The notes beneath the pieces are model-generated. The model saw only the letters and a list, made by a program, of their open reading frames with translations, searched no databases and had not been told where the DNA came from. A DNA stretch of 32,000 bases from assembly GCA_046497275.1 (NCBI GenBank), contig JAWOFX010000186.1, positions 1 through 32,000 of the forward strand, read 5' to 3'. The stretch comes from Promethearchaeia archaeon (GTDB taxonomy: Archaea; Asgardarchaeota; Lokiarchaeia; Sigyniarchaeales; SOKP01). Below, one piece after another: positions 26,235 to 32,000 of this stretch. Position numbers and translations under genes: made by a program. Position 1 is the stretch's first letter, and each line of letters opens with the position of its first letter.

Positions 26235-27344
26235 TTATTTTGATTTTCTAGAAATCATTTTCCTGAAGAAATTCTTTCTTTTTTCTCTCCAATCAGTCTC
26301 TTTATCTCTGGGAGGGATATATTGATCAATATATTTTTGTGATAATAAAGTCTCTATCAATTTTTGCCCTGGTTCCGTTCTGGTAATAATTATCGAATAA
26401 TTTTCCGGTGCACCTGTGGATCCTACACTTATATCAGAAAATCTACCAGCAAAATCATCACAGACTTTGCAATGGGATCTTACAGCAGGGTCTAAATTCT
26501 TAATATTAACTTCTAAGGTATCACCTTTCTCACTTTCAACAAAAAAGTTCTTCTTTATATATGTTTTTTTAATATCTGAAGGTTTTATTCCTTTATCCTT
26601 CCTTATTAACTCATAAAGCGTGGAATACTCAAAGTTTTCAAAACAGAATAAACTGATAATATATTTGACAACATGAGCAGGTTTTATACTGAGCAATTTC
26701 ATTTTCCTTAAGGCTTTTACTTGACAAGGCGTTCCTACAAAAGCCACACGGATTTGGTCAATGTCATAAATACCTTTTTCTTTTTGAATTTGTAAGGGAA
26801 TATTGTACAAGTCTTTTAATGGTAAAACTTGACTAGATATAGAATATCGTGTTCCGGCAGATTTTAAGAGTTCCTCTTTGTCAAATATTAATTTTGGTTT
26901 TGGGTGAAGTTCCTCATCATATTCAGAAACAACAGCAGCATCGATTTTATTTTTCTCGAATAGATAAGATAAGATAGTAGTAACTATTCCTCCATCTTGT
27001 CCAACCTTATTTATTGCTTCTCTTGTTGTTTTTGCAGCGATTATATCAATTATATGCCCTAATTCATCTTGTATTTCAAGATTTTCGACTAATAATTCCT
27101 CCAACGTGTCTGTTTGAGGACAAATATAATAACAAAGTCCACATTCTGTGCAATTATCTTCATTTTTTTTTGATTTGAATTTAGGAATATATTCATCTAA
27201 CTTAATCACATCAAAGCTTTGGCTTTCACAATAAGCTACACATGCCCCACATGCGCAACATAAATCTTTTTGAATTACTTCCTTATCTAAATCTTTAAAT
27301 GTTTTTACTTCCTCTTGCTCACTATTAGATAATGATTCTGTCAT
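26235..27344 (-). CDS. Coenzyme F420 hydrogenase/dehydrogenase beta-subunit family protein with N-terminal 2x[4Fe-4S]
   Basis: CCACGACVAYC, CTECGLCYYICP, QDGGIVT, AGTRYS, VGTPCQ, CFENF, CKVCDDF, DISVGS. Confidence 0.88.
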   Translation of the reverse strand: MTESLSNSEQEEVKTFKDLDKEVIQKDLCCACGACVAYCESQSFDVIKLDEYIPKFKSKKNEDNCTECGLCYYICPQTDTLEELLVENLEIQDELGHIIDIIAAKTTREAINKVGQDGGIVTTILSYLFEKNKIDAAVVSEYDEELHPKPKLIFDKEELLKSAGTRYSISSQVLPLKDLYNIPLQIQKEKGIYDIDQIRVAFVGTPCQVKALRKMKLLSIKPAHVVKYIISLFCFENFEYSTLYELIRKDKGIKPSDIKKTYIKKNFFVESEKGDTLEVNIKNLDPAVRSHCKVCDDFAGRFSDISVGSTGAPENYSIIITRTEPGQKLIETLLSQKYIDQYIPPRDKETDWREKRKNFFRKMISRKSK

Positions 27345-27353
27345 TTTTTATCC

Positions 27354-27818
27354 TTATTCCTTTTTTAGTTCAATCTTTCCAAATTTTTTGGGAAAAGATG
27401 AGGGACCTAAATTTGAAATAATCTCATTAAATTCCCGTATTAATTCAGCAAATTGTTTTCCTTCACTAGCTGAAATCCATTCTAATCGAAATCTATTAGG
27501 ATTAATTCCTATTTTTTTCAATAAAGTTTTCATATGATTCATTCTTTCTCTTGCTAATTCATTACCACTAATATAATGGCAATCACCGATATGACATCCT
27601 GTAACTAAAACACCATCTATACCATTTTTAAATGCAGTTAAAATAAATGAGGGTTCTACCCTTCCTGAACACATCACTCGTACTATTCTGATACTTGGAG
27701 GATATTGAAATCTTGAAACTCCCGCTAAGTCTGCTCCGGCATAAGAACACCAGTTACAGCAGAAAACTAAAATTTCTGGAAGAAAGGCTTCTTTCTCTTT
27801 AATTTTTGTTTTACTCAT
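27354..27818 (-). CDS. mvhD: MvhD, all-cysteine form
   Basis: FCCNWCSYAGADLAG, MCSGRV, GCHIGDCHY, WISASEG. Confidence 0.95.
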   Translation of the reverse strand: MSKTKIKEKEAFLPEILVFCCNWCSYAGADLAGVSRFQYPPSIRIVRVMCSGRVEPSFILTAFKNGIDGVLVTGCHIGDCHYISGNELARERMNHMKTLLKKIGINPNRFRLEWISASEGKQFAELIREFNEIISNLGPSSFPKKFGKIELKKE

Positions 27819-27847
27819 TATTAATTTAATCCCTCAAATATTGGATA

Positions 27848-30800
27848 TTATTCTAAATTAATGCCTGGTAATAATTCAATCTGTTTTCTAATCTGAAAAT
27901 TACTGAAATGTCTCTGATTAATAGCCCCTAATGGACATTCAGCCGCACATGCCCCGCATCCTTTACAGAGTGCTTTAATTACATGTGCTTTTTTCTCATT
28001 GACAGTATAAAGACCAATCTGTTTAGTAATTTCTAACATTTCTATCGCATTGTAAGGACATATCTCTGCACATGCACCACATCCTATACATTTCTCCTCA
28101 TTCACATAACAAGTTATCCCCTCCGTCTCGACTTCTCCTTTAACCATTAAAGAAGCGGCTCTCCCGGCAGCTCCATATGCTTGTGTTATTGCTTCATCTA
28201 TCCATTTTGGCCAGTGTGCTCCGCCACATAAGAAAATCCCATCAGTTGCAAAATCAACTGGACGAAGTTTAACATGAGCCTCCAAAAAGAATCCATCTTT
28301 AGTGGTAGGGACTTTAAGCATTTTAGCGAGTTCATTAGTTCCCCTCCCCGGAATTTCAGGGGTTGCAAGAACTAATAGGTCTGTATCATATTCAACTTCA
28401 CAATTCGCACCAAGATTATTATAATTTATGTGAAATGCTCCATTATTCTCTGAAATCGTTATTTCTTTGATGGATTTATATCTTTCAAAAGAAACTTTTT
28501 TCCTTAAATCACGCCATAATCGCTCAGCATTCAAGTCAGAAAATTGTAATTCTCTATATAGAATATGGATATGTGCTTCTGGATTGATATCCAAGAGTTT
28601 TTCAATATTTTTAAGCGCTACTTTACAACAAATATTACTACAATAGGTTTTTATAGTCTCACCTTGATTAAATTCATTCCGTCTTTGATCCACACATAAT
28701 ATAATTGTAGCATCATTAAAACCTGGTACTTTTGTATCTTGCGTAGCTTCTAATTCATTTTGAGTGAAAACTTTATTTGGATGCTTTTTAATAGCATCTT
28801 TCCATCTATCTGTATCTGATTGACTAGTTCCCGTAGCCACAATGATAGTTCCAACTATGAAATCAAAAGTGTCTGATTCATTTTGGACATTTTGGGTTTT
28901 AATTTCATAATTTCCTACGTATCCGGTTATATCTGTGATTATAGAGCTCGTTAATAAATGAACATTTGATTTTGTCTTTAAATCATTAATATCCTTCAAA
29001 ATATCTTGTTTATGCATAGGAATATCATATAAATCAATGAATTCTAAAGAATTCCCTCCTAAACTTGGCTTTTTCTCAACAAGATATAATTCAAATCCTT
29101 GATTAGCAAGATTATGAGCTGCCACTATACCAGCAATTCCGCCACCTATTATCATAGCTGATTTTTCAACCTTAACTTTGATTTTTTCAAGAGGTTGAAG
29201 ATTAACGACTTTAGCCAAATACATTCTGATTAAGTCGCAAGCTTTTTTAGTCGCTTTTTCAGGCTCATTATGGTGTACCCAAGAATCTTGATCTCTAATA
29301 TTAACCAATTCAAATAAAAATGGATTTAATCCAGCTTCTTTTAAAGTATTTCTAAATAATGGTTCATGAGTTCTTGGAGTACATGATGCTACCATAAATC
29401 TATTTAATTTATATTCTTTAATCATTTCCTTGATTCTCTCTTGAGAATCCGAACTGCATGAATACATATTTTCTTCGGCATGTGTTACATAAGGAAGCTT
29501 AGAAACATAATCAACCACCGCTGAAGTATCAACAACCCCCGCGATATTTATTCCACATTGGCATACAAGAACACCTACTCTTGGTTCATCATCTATACCT
29601 ACAGGAATTTCTGGGGGATAAACAACCTCTTTTATATTATTAAATCTAACGGGATTGAGTTTTTCACTTATTTTGGCGGCGCAAGCACTTCCCTCAGCAA
29701 CCGCTACAGGTATATCTTTTGGTTTCCTTGAATAACCAGTAAAAAATATGTTATTTTCTTCTGATTTAATCAATCCCTCTTCATTAATAAAACCAAATTC
29801 ATTATAGTCAACATTAATGCAATCTAATAAATCATAATAAGAATCATTTGGAAATAAAGCACTTGCTAATACAACCATATCATATTCATCATTTTCAACT
29901 TTATTTTTATCAATATCTTCATAAAATAAAGTCAATTTACCATTTTGCGGATTCTCCTTAACCAAGGAAACTCTACCATTAACATAATTTACTCCGTATT
30001 CCTCTTTACTTTTTACTATAAATTCATAAAAATTCTTACCTTTTGCTCTTATCTCTGTATTGAATATAGCACATTCAGTATCTGGAGCATGTTCTTTAGC
30101 CACGATTGCTTGTTTAGCAGAGGACATACAACAAATTGAAGAACAATATTTTTTACAATCTGGATGATGGAAATCTCGCGATCCAACACATTGTAGAAAA
30201 GCAATCTTATGAGGATGTTTTTTATCATCGAAACATATTAATTCTCCACCTGTTGGCCCATTAGCAGATAATAATCTTTCAAATTGCATACTTGAAAGAA
30301 CATTTGGATTTGAACCCGCCAGTAGAGAATAAAACTCTGGGTACTGCTGTTCATAACCAGTGGCTATAACGATCGCTCCAACATTTATATCAATTTCTTT
30401 GGGTTTTTGAGTGAAATCAATCGCGTCTGCTTTACACCCTGTAGCACATAGTTTACAAATTCCATGATTCAAATAAAGACATTTGTTTTCATCAATTAAA
30501 TAGATTGGAGGAACTGAAGAGGGAAATGAGATATGAGCAGCACTACGAGTAGTTAAGTGAGCATCAAATTCACTTGGAATTCCTTTTACGGGACAAATTG
30601 TAGCACAATCTCCACAACCCTTACATTTTGTCTCATCAACATACCTTGGTTTTCGAATTACTTTCACATTATAATTTCCAGCCGTTCCATTAATTTTTTC
30701 TACATGTGAATAGGTTAGTAGCTCAATATTAGGATTTCTATATACTTCCACCATTTTTGGAGCTAAAATACACAAAGAACAATCTAACGTAGGAAATGTC

Positions 30801-30949
30801 TTATCTAATTGTGCCATTGTACCTCCAATTGTAGGCTTTTTTTCTACTAAGTATACTTTAAACCCTAATTCAGTTAGATCTAAAGAAGTTTGGATACCCG
30901 CTATACCAGCACCTATCACTAGAACGGAACTTGATAATGCTTCTGTCAT
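27848..30949 (-). CDS. hdrA: Large two-module HdrA-family flavoprotein, all-cysteine form (1033 aa)
   Basis: Two FAD motifs (GAGIAG, GGGIAG), FPTLDCSLC, CKGCGDCATICP, CVGSR, internal VCQCGINIAG / ASCTPRTHEP, C-terminal 2x[4Fe-4S]. Confidence 0.93.
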   Translation of the reverse strand: MTEALSSSVLVIGAGIAGIQTSLDLTELGFKVYLVEKKPTIGGTMAQLDKTFPTLDCSLCILAPKMVEVYRNPNIELLTYSHVEKINGTAGNYNVKVIRKPRYVDETKCKGCGDCATICPVKGIPSEFDAHLTTRSAAHISFPSSVPPIYLIDENKCLYLNHGICKLCATGCKADAIDFTQKPKEIDINVGAIVIATGYEQQYPEFYSLLAGSNPNVLSSMQFERLLSANGPTGGELICFDDKKHPHKIAFLQCVGSRDFHHPDCKKYCSSICCMSSAKQAIVAKEHAPDTECAIFNTEIRAKGKNFYEFIVKSKEEYGVNYVNGRVSLVKENPQNGKLTLFYEDIDKNKVENDEYDMVVLASALFPNDSYYDLLDCINVDYNEFGFINEEGLIKSEENNIFFTGYSRKPKDIPVAVAEGSACAAKISEKLNPVRFNNIKEVVYPPEIPVGIDDEPRVGVLVCQCGINIAGVVDTSAVVDYVSKLPYVTHAEENMYSCSSDSQERIKEMIKEYKLNRFMVASCTPRTHEPLFRNTLKEAGLNPFLFELVNIRDQDSWVHHNEPEKATKKACDLIRMYLAKVVNLQPLEKIKVKVEKSAMIIGGGIAGIVAAHNLANQGFELYLVEKKPSLGGNSLEFIDLYDIPMHKQDILKDINDLKTKSNVHLLTSSIITDITGYVGNYEIKTQNVQNESDTFDFIVGTIIVATGTSQSDTDRWKDAIKKHPNKVFTQNELEATQDTKVPGFNDATIILCVDQRRNEFNQGETIKTYCSNICCKVALKNIEKLLDINPEAHIHILYRELQFSDLNAERLWRDLRKKVSFERYKSIKEITISENNGAFHINYNNLGANCEVEYDTDLLVLATPEIPGRGTNELAKMLKVPTTKDGFFLEAHVKLRPVDFATDGIFLCGGAHWPKWIDEAITQAYGAAGRAASLMVKGEVETEGITCYVNEEKCIGCGACAEICPYNAIEMLEITKQIGLYTVNEKKAHVIKALCKGCGACAAECPLGAINQRHFSNFQIRKQIELLPGINLE

Positions 30950-31185
30950 ATTACATAAATCAGCTTAAAAATTAATTGAATTGAATAAACTCTTGTAAGA
31001 TATAAAAATAGTTTTTGAATTTTTAATTTAAGTATTTATTTTCAAAACATTTGCCCCTAAATAATTGATTTTTTAGAGGCTTTAAAATGTTCTTTTTACT
31101 TAAAAAACATTCGAAACAAAGATTCAAAAATTCTTTATTTTATTAAAATAATATATTAATCATAAATTAAGGAACGGGAAAAAAA

Positions 31186-31854
31186 ATAGAGTCTTCAATA
31201 AGAAGAAAGTTCTATAGTCAAGATAATGAGTTGTTATGTATTTTAGATTATTATAATTTTTCAAATGTGAAGATAAAATTTACTAACCCGGAACTTTTAA
31301 ACCTTTCAAAGTCTTCTGAAACTTTTGATTCTCTATTTCTGAAAGACATAAAAGAGAATTTAGCAGTCGATAATGAACGTTTAGAAATTAATATTGATTG
31401 TTATGGTGATACCAATTTAATTGAATATATCAAAATCATTAGTCTTCAAACTATTGAAGAATATAACTACATAACGCATAAGATTGTGGATTTACTCTCA
31501 AAAGTTCGAGAATCAGTGATCACATCTAAAATTGAGAGAAAATTTTATTCAAAAAATGATGAATTGTTATGTGTTGTGAATTATCTTGATTTTAATCGGG
31601 TTAATATAACTTTTGTGAATCCAGATCAATTTAAACTCGAAAAAAGTTCTAAAATTTTTAAGAACATTTTTAGCGAAAAAATAATCTCAGATCTGAAGCA
31701 GAAAAATCCAGAAATAAAGATCAATTATAACTTACATGAGAATTCTGAAATTATCGAGTCTATCGATATTTTAAATATTGGAAATATATCTAATTATAAC
31801 TATATCTGTGAGAAATTAATGGAATTATTATCAGAAAAAGCTGTTATGCAATAA
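31186..31854 (+). CDS. Hypothetical protein made of two tandem copies of an approximately 105-aa domain (proposed ATA start, 222 aa)
   Basis: RRKFYSQDNELLCILDY...YNYITHKIVDLLS aligns with ERKFYSKNDELLCVVNY...YNYICEKLMELLS. The first repeat extends upstream of the TTG at 31231 to the ATA at 31186. Confidence 0.7.
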   Translation: MESSIRRKFYSQDNELLCILDYYNFSNVKIKFTNPELLNLSKSSETFDSLFLKDIKENLAVDNERLEINIDCYGDTNLIEYIKIISLQTIEEYNYITHKIVDLLSKVRESVITSKIERKFYSKNDELLCVVNYLDFNRVNITFVNPDQFKLEKSSKIFKNIFSEKIISDLKQKNPEIKINYNLHENSEIIESIDILNIGNISNYNYICEKLMELLSEKAVMQ

Positions 31855-32000
31855 TTTTTCTCCTATTTTTACAGATTTATTTTGCATTTTCACTATTAAT
31901 CTTAATCCTCTTTTACTTTTAAAAAATATAAATGCTATTTTAAGACAATTTGACATTAAAATATTTATTTCTCATGAGTATTATGTAACATAACTAATGA

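Noticed and set aside
742-30139. Short antisense or overlapping ORFs in the track (e.g. 742-978, 2449-2667, 3161-3385, 10706-11074, 12311-12553, 13724-13918, 14495-14731, 21585-21866, 23544-23864, 29945-30139)
   Set aside because: They are shadows of well-supported genes on the other strand or frame, with no motifs.
1-32000. CRISPR array, tRNA (including tRNA-Sec), rRNA, IS elements
   Set aside because: No regularly spaced repeats, cloverleaf-like GC-rich segments or transposase ORFs were seen. Intergenic regions are short and AT-rich. This was a by-eye check only.

Overview
AT-rich archaeal window, most consistent with an Asgard archaeon of the Lokiarchaeia/Promethearchaeota type. The basis is a eukaryote-like SECIS, a Loki-style TFB paralog and a Loki-CTERM-like sorting tail; the taxonomy is inference. 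The main signal is a selenoprotein operon that the ORF track fragments or misses. hdrA (13896->11938, minus, 652 aa) has four in-frame UGA codons, all at Fe-S Cys positions. mvhD/vhuD (11924->11505, 139 aa) follows with two more. A eukaryote-type AUGA-AA-GA SECIS hairpin (11431-11502) lies immediately after, and then an FdhB/FrhB-family gene. About 14 kb away is an all-cysteine hdrA-mvhD-frhB cluster with Cys at all six equivalent positions and no SECIS spacer. No hdrB or hdrC is present in the window. Three genes appear to start at non-canonical ATA/ATT codons, which adds a His-rich domain to a TrmO paralog and completes a catalytically degenerate UbiA/DGGGPS paralog. Other content: 4-hydroxybutyryl-CoA dehydratase, polyferredoxin, tungsten AOR with its Fe-S partner, TFB, cold-shock protein, HIT hydrolase, a nucleotidyltransferase with a small upstream ORF, a beta-helix surface glycoprotein, methyltransferases, a transglutaminase-like protein and several hypotheticals. 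No rRNA, tRNA, CRISPR array or recognisable transposase was seen. All family calls are by motif recognition, with no database search.
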